Shown here one piece after another: positions 47,990 through 58,843 of a stretch of DNA of 64,000 nt. Each line of letters opens with the position of its first letter. Positions within the stretch are counted from its first letter, which is position 1. The notes beneath the pieces were generated by a model, which saw only the letters and a program-made list of their open reading frames with translations, made no database searches and had not been told where the DNA came from. The stretch is from Candidatus Uhrbacteria bacterium (GTDB lineage Bacteria; Patescibacteriota; Patescibacteriia; JACQRZ01), in contig JACPHV010000032.1 of assembly GCA_016188385.1 (NCBI GenBank), positions 5,174-69,173 on the forward strand, read 5' to 3'. The position numbers and the translations under genes were made by a program.

Positions 47990-49630
47990 GTGAATCAAAT
48001 GACCCAAGCTCAAGCACTCGACATTTTGAAGACCGGCTCAAGCGTGTTTCTCACCGGCGAGCCGGGAAGCGGCAAGACGCACACGGTAAACGCGTATATT
48101 TCATGGCTGCGCTCACACGACATATCGGTTGCCGTCACCGCGTCTACCGGCATTGCGGCAACCCACATTGGTGGGCGTACGGTGCACTCGTTTGCCGGTA
48201 TCGGGATCAAAACAGCATTGACCGCGCAAGATGTTTTGCGTATCGCGAAAAATGATCGTGTCGCAAAACGGATTCGCGCGATTTCCGTGTTGGTGATTGA
48301 CGAGATATCCATGCTGTCGGCTCGCACTCTTGGCATGATTGAGCAAGTATGCCGCGCCGTGCGGCAAAGCGATCTGCCGTTCGGCGGGTTGCAGGCGGTG
48401 CTGGTCGGAGATTTCTTCCAGCTTCCGCCCGTTGTACGGCAGGACACCGGCGCTGTTCGGCAAAGCACGTTTTTACAAGATCGTACTGACTCGCTGTTTT
48501 GTTTTTATTCATCTGCGTGGGAGCGTCTCGACCCGGTCGTATGCTATATAGCCGAGCAGCATCGGCAGGAAGACGCCGCATTTTTGGACGTTCTTTCCGC
48601 GTTGCGCAGGGGCGCGGTACTCGACACGCATCACGCGCTTTTGCGTACGCGGTTTGCTAATGTTGCAAAGCCAGGCATGACGCAGTTGTTTCCTCACAAC
48701 GCGCAGGTGGATGCGATCAACGAAATGGAGCTTAACCGTCTTCCCGGGGATGTCCGTAGATTCGAGATGGCAAGCAGCGGACCGAAAGAACTTGTCGATC
48801 AACTCAAAAAAGGATGCCTTTCGCCGGATGTGCTTTCCTTAAAAATCGGCGCGCGCGTGATGTTTACCAAAAACGATGTCGCCGGCAGGTTCGTGAACGG
48901 GTCACTTGGAGTCGTGGAGGGATTTGCTGACGGCGAGGATGACGGAGGATACCCGATCGTGCGGTTAGGCAACGGCCGTCGAGTCAACGCAGAACCGCTC
49001 GAGTGGGCGGTCGATGAGGGGTTTATCACAAGCGCGAGGATCATCCAAATCCCTCTGCGGCTTGCGTGGGCGATCACCGTGCACAAAAGCCAAGGCATGT
49101 CTCTCGATGCCGCGCATATGGATCTTTCGCGCGTGTTTGAATTCGGACAGGGGTATGTCGCGCTTTCGCGTGTTCGTACATTGGCAGGACTTTCGCTTGC
49201 GGGGATCAATGAGCGGGCATGTGAAGTGCATCCTGACATTTTGAAAAAAGACGGCGAATTCCGTGAACTCTCAAACAACATACGCGAATACGCGAGCGGG
49301 CTTAGGGTTGAAGAATTGTCTCGAAAGCATCATGAATTTATTGTTCGGTGCGGCGGGAAAGCGAAACAGATGCCAAAGGCTGATGAATCTAATACGAAAT
49401 GGAAGCAGGTTGATCCGCAGGATGCATCAAAAGCATACTCCGTGAACACAATCCGTGAACAGCATAGCAACGCTTATCGTCCATGGAGCGAGGAAGAGGA
49501 AAAGATTCTCCGTGAGCTGTTTGAGTCCGGTGAAAAAATTAAAAACATCGCCAAAAAGCTCGGCCGCCAACACGGAGCGATCTCTTCTCGGCTTAAGAAG
49601 CTTAGGGAACGCGAGGAAGCAACCGCATGA
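47990..49630 (+). CDS. Pif1/RecD-like superfamily 1 DNA helicase with C-terminal HTH-like tail
   Basis: Walker A FLTGEPGSGKTHTV; Walker B VLVIDEISM; Pif1-family arrangement. C-terminal EEEEKILRELFESGEKIKNIAKKLGRQHGAISSRLKKL. Confidence 0.8.
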   Translation: MNQMTQAQALDILKTGSSVFLTGEPGSGKTHTVNAYISWLRSHDISVAVTASTGIAATHIGGRTVHSFAGIGIKTALTAQDVLRIAKNDRVAKRIRAISVLVIDEISMLSARTLGMIEQVCRAVRQSDLPFGGLQAVLVGDFFQLPPVVRQDTGAVRQSTFLQDRTDSLFCFYSSAWERLDPVVCYIAEQHRQEDAAFLDVLSALRRGAVLDTHHALLRTRFANVAKPGMTQLFPHNAQVDAINEMELNRLPGDVRRFEMASSGPKELVDQLKKGCLSPDVLSLKIGARVMFTKNDVAGRFVNGSLGVVEGFADGEDDGGYPIVRLGNGRRVNAEPLEWAVDEGFITSARIIQIPLRLAWAITVHKSQGMSLDAAHMDLSRVFEFGQGYVALSRVRTLAGLSLAGINERACEVHPDILKKDGEFRELSNNIREYASGLRVEELSRKHHEFIVRCGGKAKQMPKADESNTKWKQVDPQDASKAYSVNTIREQHSNAYRPWSEEEEKILRELFESGEKIKNIAKKLGRQHGAISSRLKKLREREEATA

Positions 49631-49687
49631 GGAATTTAAAAAGCGAGTTATGGCGGAAAGGTAGATATATACAGGAACTTATTTAAT

Positions 49688-50839
49688 ATGAAATTGAAAA
49701 CGATCGTTATTCTGTTAGCTGTCGTTGTGATTGTGGGCGGTAGTATGCTTGCCGTGAAGTTTTCATTTTTAGAACCCGAACAAGATCCGCTGCCAATGGT
49801 AATCGAGTCACCGTCTGCCGAAATCAATACCGATGAACAAGTTGTTGATGATCTAGCCACAGAGCCGCGAGCATACACAGCTGGAAAGCAGATTCACTTT
49901 TCACAGAATGATGCTCTATTTCGATTCGACGGAACTATTCCGGATGGCTGGAAGGTAGAATACGTGCCAGAAATCCAAGCGTTGAACATCTATGATCCCG
50001 AAGCGGCAGATACGGATCGCGAAGCTTCGCAGATTTTCATTCGCCAGTTTACCGCCTCAACATTTCTTACACTCTCTACGGTAGCGATCCACTCACGCGA
50101 AGAAACACAGCTTCACGGCAAAGATGCGGTGCGCTATGAAATTGAGAAAAAGCCGGGTATTCCCTCGTTCCCTCATCAACCGCAGTGGCGCAGCGAGCGG
50201 CATCGCCTGATTGACGTTCGCTATTCCAAACAATCGCCAAGCGTATTTTATGTCATCGCGTTTAATCCCTTGCTTGAAAAACGCATCGAGGAAGAGTTTC
50301 TCGCATCGCTTTCGTTTCACAATGATCCATCATCCTTTGTCGCGCCGATCGATCGAGCAAGCGAGCGAATCACGAAAAAACCGTTTGGGATTCGCGTGTC
50401 GTCAGACGACTCGCCGGTGCAGCCCGAACGGTTTGCCGGCTATCATACCGGTGTTGACTTTGAAACATTCAGCGAGGAGGCGGATAGCGAAGTTGAAGCG
50501 CGTTCGATCTGCGGCGGCATTGTTCGGTCGGTGCGCTCCGCGCAAGGCTACGGCGGCGTGGTTGTACAGGAATGCGCACTCTACGACGGTCCAATTTACG
50601 TAGTGTACGGCCACCTAAAACCCGCGGACATTACGGCAAAAACTGGAGACTACTTATCAGCAGATACTCGCATCGGCGTATTGGGATCAAGCGGGACGCA
50701 AGAAACGGGAGGCGAACGTAAGCATCTGCATCTCGGCATCGTTCGCGGCGGGAAAGCGGACATTAGCGGATACGTTAAATCCCAAAAAGAGCTTTCCGCA
50801 TGGATTGATCCGTGTTCACTTGATCACGTGTGCGAATGA
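49688..50839 (+). CDS. M23-family (LytM-like) metallopeptidase, membrane-anchored
   Basis: N-terminal TM. HxxxD motif (YHTGVDF) and HxH motif (KHLHLGIV). Confidence 0.75.
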   Translation: MKLKTIVILLAVVVIVGGSMLAVKFSFLEPEQDPLPMVIESPSAEINTDEQVVDDLATEPRAYTAGKQIHFSQNDALFRFDGTIPDGWKVEYVPEIQALNIYDPEAADTDREASQIFIRQFTASTFLTLSTVAIHSREETQLHGKDAVRYEIEKKPGIPSFPHQPQWRSERHRLIDVRYSKQSPSVFYVIAFNPLLEKRIEEEFLASLSFHNDPSSFVAPIDRASERITKKPFGIRVSSDDSPVQPERFAGYHTGVDFETFSEEADSEVEARSICGGIVRSVRSAQGYGGVVVQECALYDGPIYVVYGHLKPADITAKTGDYLSADTRIGVLGSSGTQETGGERKHLHLGIVRGGKADISGYVKSQKELSAWIDPCSLDHVCE

Positions 50840-50842
50840 CAG

Positions 50843-53683
50843 ATGCGGGTGAATAACAGTTCGGTTGACCGCTGCTTATTTTCGTGCAACACTCAAATCA
50901 TGAAGATATCAACATTCCTTACACGCGTGGTACTTGTCGCCATCTTTGTAATTTTTGTTTTTTTTCCCGGTATCATCTCCTTGATTAGCGATTGGTGGTG
51001 GTTTCACACGGTCAATTTTGAAAACGTATTTCGTACATCCTTGCTCGCGCAGCTTGGAGTCGGTATCGGTGTTGGCGCGTTTGTTGCTGTGTTTCTCGCA
51101 GGAAACATCCTCATCGCCATAACATCCCGCACCGGCTGGCATGCAACGATTTCAGAACAGATTGCCGGACGAACACTTACGGTCGGGCAGGCCGTATTTT
51201 ATAAAATCGGGATCATTGCCAGCCTTATTGTGGGAACACTCGCGGGACTTACCGCGAGCGCGTTTTGGCGGGAAATACTGTTATTTCTCAACGCCACACC
51301 CTTTAGCGTCAGCGATCCGATATTTTCCAAAGATATTTCGTTCTACGTCTTCTCACTTCCGGTGTATTCTGCAGCGTTGATTTTTACTAATTTTCTCATC
51401 GTCACATCCGCGATCGCGTGTGGCGCCGTGTATTTTCTGCAAGGCGGATTTAATCTCGCATCGCTTGCGTCAGGCATACTTTCTCGCTTCGGCTCTCGGC
51501 GGAGGGTACTGGTTGATACTGGGTACGGAGTTTTTAGAAAAGCGCGATTGCATGTCGGTATTCTAGTGGCGTTGTTTTTCGTGGCGGTTTCTGCCGGTAC
51601 ATTGATTAGAGTATATGAACTTGTGATCATGAATAACGGGATTGCCTTTGGAGCGACAGCCACTGATGTGACAGTCGTCCTTCCTCTTTTACGGGCATCT
51701 GCCGTTGTCTTTGCGGCAGCGGCGATTTTGACCCTACTCTACTCGTTTACCGGCCGGATCGGTCCATTAGCTATCGCGCTGCTCGTATCCGCGCTTATGA
51801 GCGGTATTACCGCGGGTGTCCCGCCACTCTATCAGCGACTGATCGTAGCTCCAAATGAACTCGTAAAGGAAACCCCCTTTATCGCACACGCGATTTCTTT
51901 CACGCGCGCGGCATACGGGCTTGATAACATCGAGGAGCGCGAGATAGACGCTTCGCAAAAACTCACTGCCTCCGATATCGCTTCAAACAGCGCGACGATC
52001 AAGAATGTGCGGCTTTGGGATCGCTCTCCGCTATTATCCACTTTCTCGCAGATTCAGGAGATACGCACCTATTACGAATTTAATTCCGTTGATAACGATC
52101 GATATGATATCGATGGGGAACTTCGACAAATCATGCTGTCCCCGCGCGAACTTTCTTCGGAGAGTCTGCCGAATAAGACATGGATCAACGAACGGCTGAC
52201 GTTCACTCATGGGTATGGCGCAGCGGCGGGCCCTGTTAATCAAGTGACTCCCGAAGGGTTGCCCGTGCTGTATGTAAAGGATCTGCCCCCGCGATCTGAA
52301 AAAAAGGAGTTGCGGATTGATCGTCCTGAAATCTACTTTGGCGAGCTCGCAAACGACTACGTCATCGTAAAAACAAAATCCCGCGAATTTGATTACCCGC
52401 AAGGCGAAGATAACGTGTTCACCGAATACTCCGGACAGGATGGCGTATCGATCGGATCTCTGTTTCGACGGCTTGTCTACGCTGTCCGATTTCAGTCATT
52501 GAAATTTCTTCTCTCAACCGATATCACGCAGGATAGTAAAATCATGTTGCATAGAAATATCATTGAGCGCGTATCGAGGATCGCTCCTTTCTTATCATTT
52601 GACAACGATCCATACCTTGTCATGGCGGACGGGCGGCTCACATGGATCATGGACGCGTATACATCAACTGATCGTTACCCGTATTCGCAGCCGATGATAG
52701 TGAATAATCAGAGACTGAATTATATAAGAAATTCCGTCAAAGCGACTGTGGACGCGTATGATGGCACAGTCAAGATATATAAAGCCGATCCTGTTGATCC
52801 GATCATTCAGACGTACGAGCGGATATTCCCTTCATTATTTCTGCCGCTTTCTGATATGCCGGATTCGCTTCGGCGGCATGTCCGCTACCCGGAAGATATG
52901 TTCAGCGCGCAGACCGCAATCTATACGACGTACCACATGGATGACCCGCAGATTTTCTATAACAAGGAGGATCTATGGGAAATACCGACATACGCGTTTG
53001 ACGCAACGCAACAGCCCGATCGAGCTTCATCAATGGCGCCTCGCCACATGATCATGAAGCTACCGGAAGAGAGAGGTGCAGAGTACATACTCATGTTGCC
53101 CTTTACACCGCGCGCGAAGGATAATCTGTCGGCTTGGATGGTGGCGCGTAGCGATGGTGATGCGTATGGACAGATCGTAGTCTATCGTTTTCCAAAGGAT
53201 AAGCTGATATTCGGTCCTAAGCAAATCATCGGCAGGATCAATCAAGACGCGGATGTCAGCCGGCAAATTTCTCTCTGGGATCAGCGTGGATCTCAAGTAA
53301 TCCAGGGGCCCTTGCTGGTGATCCCGATCGAGGCATCGCTTGTCTATGTCCGTCCGCTCTATCTCAAGGCTCAATCGGGAAAGATCCCCGAATTAAAACG
53401 AGTGATTGTCGCGTATGAAAATAAAATCGCCATGGAAGAGACACTTGAACAAGGGCTCGCAAAGATTTTTGGTATCGATGTTGATAGGAAAGCCGCGTTG
53501 ACCCCCAAAGTCAATAAAGATGCCGCGGTACCCGAAAAAGACGCGAGTATCGGGGATACGTTCAGAAAGGCTCAAGGAGCGTTTGACGCAGCCCAAGCCG
53601 CGTTGCGAGAGGGGAACTGGTCAGAGTATGGATCACAGATCCGTGCGTTGGGCGAGATACTCAAGCAGGGGATCATTCCATGA
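50843..53683 (+). CDS. UPF0182-family large membrane protein (N-terminal multi-TM, large extracytoplasmic domain)
   Basis: ~7 N-terminal TM helices followed by a ~650-aa soluble region containing LTWIMDAYTSTDRYPYSQP, characteristic of UPF0182 from memory. Confidence 0.5.
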   Translation: MRVNNSSVDRCLFSCNTQIMKISTFLTRVVLVAIFVIFVFFPGIISLISDWWWFHTVNFENVFRTSLLAQLGVGIGVGAFVAVFLAGNILIAITSRTGWHATISEQIAGRTLTVGQAVFYKIGIIASLIVGTLAGLTASAFWREILLFLNATPFSVSDPIFSKDISFYVFSLPVYSAALIFTNFLIVTSAIACGAVYFLQGGFNLASLASGILSRFGSRRRVLVDTGYGVFRKARLHVGILVALFFVAVSAGTLIRVYELVIMNNGIAFGATATDVTVVLPLLRASAVVFAAAAILTLLYSFTGRIGPLAIALLVSALMSGITAGVPPLYQRLIVAPNELVKETPFIAHAISFTRAAYGLDNIEEREIDASQKLTASDIASNSATIKNVRLWDRSPLLSTFSQIQEIRTYYEFNSVDNDRYDIDGELRQIMLSPRELSSESLPNKTWINERLTFTHGYGAAAGPVNQVTPEGLPVLYVKDLPPRSEKKELRIDRPEIYFGELANDYVIVKTKSREFDYPQGEDNVFTEYSGQDGVSIGSLFRRLVYAVRFQSLKFLLSTDITQDSKIMLHRNIIERVSRIAPFLSFDNDPYLVMADGRLTWIMDAYTSTDRYPYSQPMIVNNQRLNYIRNSVKATVDAYDGTVKIYKADPVDPIIQTYERIFPSLFLPLSDMPDSLRRHVRYPEDMFSAQTAIYTTYHMDDPQIFYNKEDLWEIPTYAFDATQQPDRASSMAPRHMIMKLPEERGAEYILMLPFTPRAKDNLSAWMVARSDGDAYGQIVVYRFPKDKLIFGPKQIIGRINQDADVSRQISLWDQRGSQVIQGPLLVIPIEASLVYVRPLYLKAQSGKIPELKRVIVAYENKIAMEETLEQGLAKIFGIDVDRKAALTPKVNKDAAVPEKDASIGDTFRKAQGAFDAAQAALREGNWSEYGSQIRALGEILKQGIIP

Positions 53684-55377
53684 ATCTTTTTTTTGAACTG
53701 ACAATCATAGTCGGCGTCGCAGCCGTGATCTCCGTGATCATGCGCTTGCTTCGTCAGCCGCTCATCATCGGGTATATCTTCACCGGTTTGCTCATAGGTC
53801 CGTTTGTATGGAATATATTGCAATCCGTAGAAGTTTTTTCTTTGTTCAGCGAGATCGGCATCGCGATTTTACTCTTTACCGTAGGATTGAATCTTAATCC
53901 GCGCGTCATCAAAGAATTTGGGCGCGTGTCATTGGTGACCGGCATCGGGCAGGTACTCATTACATCTGTCGTTGGATATGCGATTTGCATTGCTCTGGGC
54001 TTCGATCCGGCAACATCATTTTATCTCGGAGTAGCGCTTGCATTCAGCAGCACGATCATTATCTTGAAATTGATTTCCGACAAGGGTGATCTTGAAAAGC
54101 TCTACGCGAAAATCTCGATAGGATTTCTGCTCGTGCAGGATTTTATTGTCATTCTTCTGCTGTTTTTCATCCCCCTGTTTTCACGAGATACCGCGGATTT
54201 CAGAGCGATTGCCCCCTTGATTGGCATGGGATTAGGCTTGTTTGCCGCAATCATTATCATCACCCGTTACATCTTGCCTCGGATTGCCGCTTTTTTGTCC
54301 TCTTCGCTTGAATTGTTGTTTCTATTCGCGGTCGCGTGGGGATTTGGGATCGCTTCGCTTTTTAAGGGCGCGGGCTTTTCTCTGGAGAGCGGGGCACTCA
54401 TTGCCGGTGTCGCGCTTTCAACTCTGGGATTTCGGCATGAGGTGAGCGCGCGCATGATGCCGCTTCGAGATTTTTTCATCGTTCTGTTTTTTGTCATGCT
54501 GGGCGCGCAGATGCATCTGGGAGAGCTGATACCATTAGCGAGCGCCGCTCTTTTGCTTTCGGCTTTTGTGCTCATCGGCAATCCCATTATCCTTATGGCA
54601 ATCATGGGGATGTTCGGGTATCGTAAGCGCACCAGCCTCCAGACAGGCTTCACCGTGGCCCAGATCAGCGAATTCTCTCTTATATTCGTAGCTATGGGAG
54701 TCGCGTATCAGCATATTGGCATTCAAGCTCTTTCGCTCATTACGTTAGTCGGTTTGATTACCATCTTCGGCTCCTCCTATCTTGTCACCTATTCTGACGC
54801 GATATACCGTCTGCTTGAACCTTATCTAGGGATTTTTGAACGAAAGAACGCGAAAGAAACTCAAGTTCAAGCACATCCGTATCAGGCGATATTGTTCGGA
54901 TGCAATAGGATTGGAACTGATTTCTTAAACGCCTTTCGGGTTATGGGCAAAGATTTTCTCGTCATCGACCATAATCCCGAGATCATCACGCAATTACAGA
55001 GTAAACATGCGAATCACACGTACGGTGATGCTTCCAATCTTGATTTTTTGTCTGAACTCGATTATTCAGCTCTTGATATCGCAGTGTCTACCATACCGGA
55101 TGACCAGACCAATCAGCTTATCAATCGCATGATTCGCGCCCGTAAGCCGGAAGCAATTTTCATCTGTATCGCGCATCAGATCGATCACGCGCTTTCGGAT
55201 TATGAGCAAGGAGTGGATTATGTGATTATGCCTCACTTTCTTGGCGGACACTACGCGGCGCAATTGGTGATTGATCTTGACGGGAGACGCTCTGAATATG
55301 AAAATCTCAAGAATGATCATATCCGACAGCTCAACTTTCGTATCAATGAGGGACATGAGCATCCGGTCAATGGCTAA
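53680..55377 (+). CDS. Cation:proton antiporter (CPA2/Kef-type) with C-terminal RCK/TrkA-N domain
   Basis: Na+/H+ exchanger-type TM core (12 helices). Rossmann-like ILFGCNRIGTDFLNAF...FLVIDHNPE. Confidence 0.8.
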   Translation: MNLFFELTIIVGVAAVISVIMRLLRQPLIIGYIFTGLLIGPFVWNILQSVEVFSLFSEIGIAILLFTVGLNLNPRVIKEFGRVSLVTGIGQVLITSVVGYAICIALGFDPATSFYLGVALAFSSTIIILKLISDKGDLEKLYAKISIGFLLVQDFIVILLLFFIPLFSRDTADFRAIAPLIGMGLGLFAAIIIITRYILPRIAAFLSSSLELLFLFAVAWGFGIASLFKGAGFSLESGALIAGVALSTLGFRHEVSARMMPLRDFFIVLFFVMLGAQMHLGELIPLASAALLLSAFVLIGNPIILMAIMGMFGYRKRTSLQTGFTVAQISEFSLIFVAMGVAYQHIGIQALSLITLVGLITIFGSSYLVTYSDAIYRLLEPYLGIFERKNAKETQVQAHPYQAILFGCNRIGTDFLNAFRVMGKDFLVIDHNPEIITQLQSKHANHTYGDASNLDFLSELDYSALDIAVSTIPDDQTNQLINRMIRARKPEAIFICIAHQIDHALSDYEQGVDYVIMPHFLGGHYAAQLVIDLDGRRSEYENLKNDHIRQLNFRINEGHEHPVNG

Positions 55378-55440
55378 ACCGGTTTAGCCATTGAATTCGA
55401 CACGAAAAATATCAAAGGAGATATTTAAACATTCCAAGTA

Positions 55441-56970
55441 ATGAGTACATCATACCGCAAGCCTGTTGTTCTCGTCGTGCTCGACGGATGGGGCTATCGC
55501 GCAGAGACTGAACACAACGCAATCGCACAGGCAATAACCCCGAATCTTGACGCATTGTTTGCCCGATATCCTCACTCTTTGCTGGATGCCAGCGGCCCTG
55601 CCATAGGATTGCCGCAAGGACAAGCGGGGACAAGCGAGATCGGCCATCTTACGATTGGCGCAGGCACGCTTATTGATACGGATTTGGTGCGTATCACCAA
55701 AGCAATGCATGATGGTCATTTTGAGACGAACGATGCGTTTTGTACGGTATTTGCGCATGTTAAGACTCATGATTCCACGCTCCATATTCTTGGACTTGTG
55801 AGTCCCGGCGGGATTCATAGCCACAGCTCGCACCTTAACGGGATATTGCGCGCGGCAAAAAAAGCGGGTATTTCCAAAATCGCCATTCATGCGTTTATCG
55901 ATGGCAGAGATACTCCGCCGCAAAGCGCGAAAGGGTATCTCGCGGAGCTCGAGCACCTGCTTGAGGAATTAGAAATAGGTTTTATTGCTACCGTATCCGG
56001 CCGGTTTTATGCCATGGACCGCGACCACAATTGGCATCGAATAAAAAAGGCGGAAGATGCTATTTTTTACGGCACCTCGGATACTACGCATACTGCTCGA
56101 CCGTCTGAAGTCATTGACGCGATGTATCGGCAAGGTCATGTTGATGAGCATATTGAGCCGATCGTGTTTGTCGATGATAACGGCAAGGCCTACATGATGG
56201 AACACAGCGACGGCATTATTTTTATGAATTTTCGTTCGGATCGCGCGCGTATGCTTTCCAGCAGGATCGTGGACTGCCATGAAGATAAGAACTTGTGCTT
56301 CGTCACGATGACTTCTCATGGCAAGAACGTAAAATCATTGGTCGCATTTTCAGGCGCAGGCGTGCATACAACGCTCGCGACCGAATTATCCCGAGCAGGT
56401 TTACGACAGGTGCATATCGCGGAGACTGAAAAATACGCTCACGCGACATATTTTTTGAATGGAGGAAATGAAGAGCCTCATGAAGGCGAGGAACATATCC
56501 TTGTAGAAAGCAGAAAAGATATCCGCACTCACGATCAAGCGCCGGAGATGAGAGCCTCGGAGATTACTGATAAGGCGATAGAGCAAATCAATCAGGGAAT
56601 CGATTTCGTATTTATTAATTACGCGAACGCGGACATGGTGGCTCATACCGCGAATTTTGCCGCAACGATCCGCGCGGTGGAAGTAATCGATGCGGAGATC
56701 GGAAGGCTCTCATCATGCATAGCGGACTCGGGTGGTATATTCATTCTTACCGCGGACCATGGAAACGCGGAGGTTGGAGTTGATCCACAGAGCGGAGTTC
56801 TCCATACTGCTCATACGATAAACCCTGTTCCGTTTCTTATAGCTGCCGATGGGTATGGGGTGAGACGCGATGGTACGCTTGCCGATGTTGCCCCAACTGT
56901 GTTAACAGTACTTGGAGTGCCGATCCCGCCATCCATGACAGGGATTTCACTGCTAAGTAATCCACAGTAG
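55441..56970 (+). CDS. gpmI: 2,3-bisphosphoglycerate-independent phosphoglycerate mutase
   Basis: N-terminal VVLVVLDGWGYR and metal-binding regions typical of iPGM. Confidence 0.9.
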   Translation: MSTSYRKPVVLVVLDGWGYRAETEHNAIAQAITPNLDALFARYPHSLLDASGPAIGLPQGQAGTSEIGHLTIGAGTLIDTDLVRITKAMHDGHFETNDAFCTVFAHVKTHDSTLHILGLVSPGGIHSHSSHLNGILRAAKKAGISKIAIHAFIDGRDTPPQSAKGYLAELEHLLEELEIGFIATVSGRFYAMDRDHNWHRIKKAEDAIFYGTSDTTHTARPSEVIDAMYRQGHVDEHIEPIVFVDDNGKAYMMEHSDGIIFMNFRSDRARMLSSRIVDCHEDKNLCFVTMTSHGKNVKSLVAFSGAGVHTTLATELSRAGLRQVHIAETEKYAHATYFLNGGNEEPHEGEEHILVESRKDIRTHDQAPEMRASEITDKAIEQINQGIDFVFINYANADMVAHTANFAATIRAVEVIDAEIGRLSSCIADSGGIFILTADHGNAEVGVDPQSGVLHTAHTINPVPFLIAADGYGVRRDGTLADVAPTVLTVLGVPIPPSMTGISLLSNPQ

Positions 56971-57029
56971 TATTTTTTTTATCGTGATATAATCTCTCTG
57001 AATTCACAATCTGTGGGTAACCTATAATT

Positions 57030-58532
57030 ATGAGACACCGAGCTCTATCACTCAAAAAACCGATTACAGATCAGAAGGCGGCTTTCGTCTTGTGCCTTTT
57101 TGAAGGTGCGGCTTGCGACAAGCATCCATTGTTTCAATTCCTTGCCCCAAGGGACAGAGAATATTTGTCATCTGCCTCAAAGGAATGGAAGTCGGAATTG
57201 TATGCGTCAGATCTGTTTCGCATGCCTTCATCAGGGCGATCCGTGCTGATGTTCGGGTTGGGGACGAAAGAAAAGTGGAATGCCCGTTTCGCGGAACGAA
57301 GCATGAGATCGGTGGTCATGTCTGCGAAAAAGAGGCGTTTGTCAAAGCTCGTGGTAGTGGCGAATGATTTTGCTCTTTCTGGAGAAGGGGAATCAACGAG
57401 GGCAGAGCATTGCGCGGCAAATGCGGAAATAGGCGCCTATGAATTCAATACTTTTCTCACAGCGCCGGATGGGGGGTGGCCTTCGATCAAAGAAATTCTG
57501 TATGCCGCTCATGAGATGGAGGGAATGAATCACGCTTTATCAGTGGGTTCATTGATCGGTGAGCGGGTGAACGAGGTACGAGAGTTGGCAAATACTCCCG
57601 GAGGGCGCATGACGCCAAAATTGCTCGCGGCTCACGCAAAGAAAAACGGGAAGAAATACGGATTTTTAGTTAAAGCGCTCGGTGAGCAGCACATGAAAAA
57701 GCTCGGTATGGGCGGAGTGCTTGGGGTATCGAGCGGGAGCGCGGAAGAAGCGCAGTTTATTATCATGGAATACCATGGGACTAAGAAAAAAGGAAACCCT
57801 TTGGTGTTCATAGGCAAGGGTATTACATTTGATAGCGGGGGACTGCAGATCAAGCCCGACAGGTATATGGATGAGATGCATATGGATATGAGCGGCGGAG
57901 CAAGTGTTATTGGCGCGTTGAGCGCGATAGCAGCATTGAAGCTGCCACTGAATTGCGTAGGCATAGTTCCGGCGGCGGAAAATATGCCATCAGGATCGAG
58001 CTATCGGCCCGGGGATGTACTTAAGACTCTATCGGGAAAAACAGTAGAAGTCGGACACACAGACGCGGAAGGCCGAGTGGTGCTTACTGATGCGTTAACG
58101 TATGCCGAGAGATACGAGCCGTCTCTCGTTGTTGATGTCGCGACATTGACCGGCGCGGCGACAGTTGTTATGGGACGCTATGCATCACTCGTTATGTCTC
58201 CACAAAAGAAATGCGCTGATTTTATGCTTTCCTGCGGAGATACGAGCGGAGATACGCTGTGGCAGTTGCCGCTCTGGGATGACTATGAATCTCACATCAA
58301 GGGATATACGGGAGACGTGACGAACAACAGCCGGCACAGAGAGGCCGGGACAATCATCGGCGGCATGTTCTTATATCAGTTTGCAAAAAAATTTCCAGCC
58401 TGGGCTCATGTTGATATTGCTGCAACCATGACGGGGAAAGACGACCTGTTCTTGTCGCGAGGCGCGAGCGGTATTGGTACGAGGCTTCTTATTCAGATTG
58501 CCAGAAGTTATCACAATTTTACTAATTCATAA
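57030..58532 (+). CDS. pepA: Leucyl aminopeptidase (M17)
   Basis: M17 signature (VEVGHTDAEGRVVLTDAL) and the metal-binding block ITFDSGG. Confidence 0.88.
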   Translation: MRHRALSLKKPITDQKAAFVLCLFEGAACDKHPLFQFLAPRDREYLSSASKEWKSELYASDLFRMPSSGRSVLMFGLGTKEKWNARFAERSMRSVVMSAKKRRLSKLVVVANDFALSGEGESTRAEHCAANAEIGAYEFNTFLTAPDGGWPSIKEILYAAHEMEGMNHALSVGSLIGERVNEVRELANTPGGRMTPKLLAAHAKKNGKKYGFLVKALGEQHMKKLGMGGVLGVSSGSAEEAQFIIMEYHGTKKKGNPLVFIGKGITFDSGGLQIKPDRYMDEMHMDMSGGASVIGALSAIAALKLPLNCVGIVPAAENMPSGSSYRPGDVLKTLSGKTVEVGHTDAEGRVVLTDALTYAERYEPSLVVDVATLTGAATVVMGRYASLVMSPQKKCADFMLSCGDTSGDTLWQLPLWDDYESHIKGYTGDVTNNSRHREAGTIIGGMFLYQFAKKFPAWAHVDIAATMTGKDDLFLSRGASGIGTRLLIQIARSYHNFTNS

Positions 58533-58555
58533 CGCGATACGTTCGCGGGAATTCT

Positions 58556-58750
58556 ATGGACTCCACTTATGTCTGTCCGGAATGTGGCCAGGAATACGAT
58601 GAGCCTGGCGTGTGTGATTCTTGTCAGGTAGATCTTATCGAAGACGGCGGTGATAAAGATCTTGAATTCGATGGCACGGACGAACTTCAGGAGGATCAAG
58701 GCACCGGAGATTCGTTCGACGCCGGCAATGACGAGGAAGATTTTTCGTGA
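58556..58750 (+). CDS. Small zinc-ribbon protein with acidic tail (64 aa)
   Basis: CPECGQ...CDSCQ (CxxC-N14-CxxC); D/E-rich C-terminus. Confidence 0.5.
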   Translation: MDSTYVCPECGQEYDEPGVCDSCQVDLIEDGGDKDLEFDGTDELQEDQGTGDSFDAGNDEEDFS

Positions 58751-58778
58751 GGATAAACGGTCGGTATAAAGTGAGACC

Positions 58779-58815
58779 AAAGAACTCTTGAGTCATTCAG
58801 GAGTTCTTTGATATT
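58779..58815 (+). terminator. Rho-independent terminator candidate
   Basis: AAGAACTC-ttgagtcattcag-GAGTTCTT followed by a T-rich TGATATT. Confidence 0.4.
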
Positions 58816-58843
58816 GCGCTCATGATTATTGAATGGTATAGTA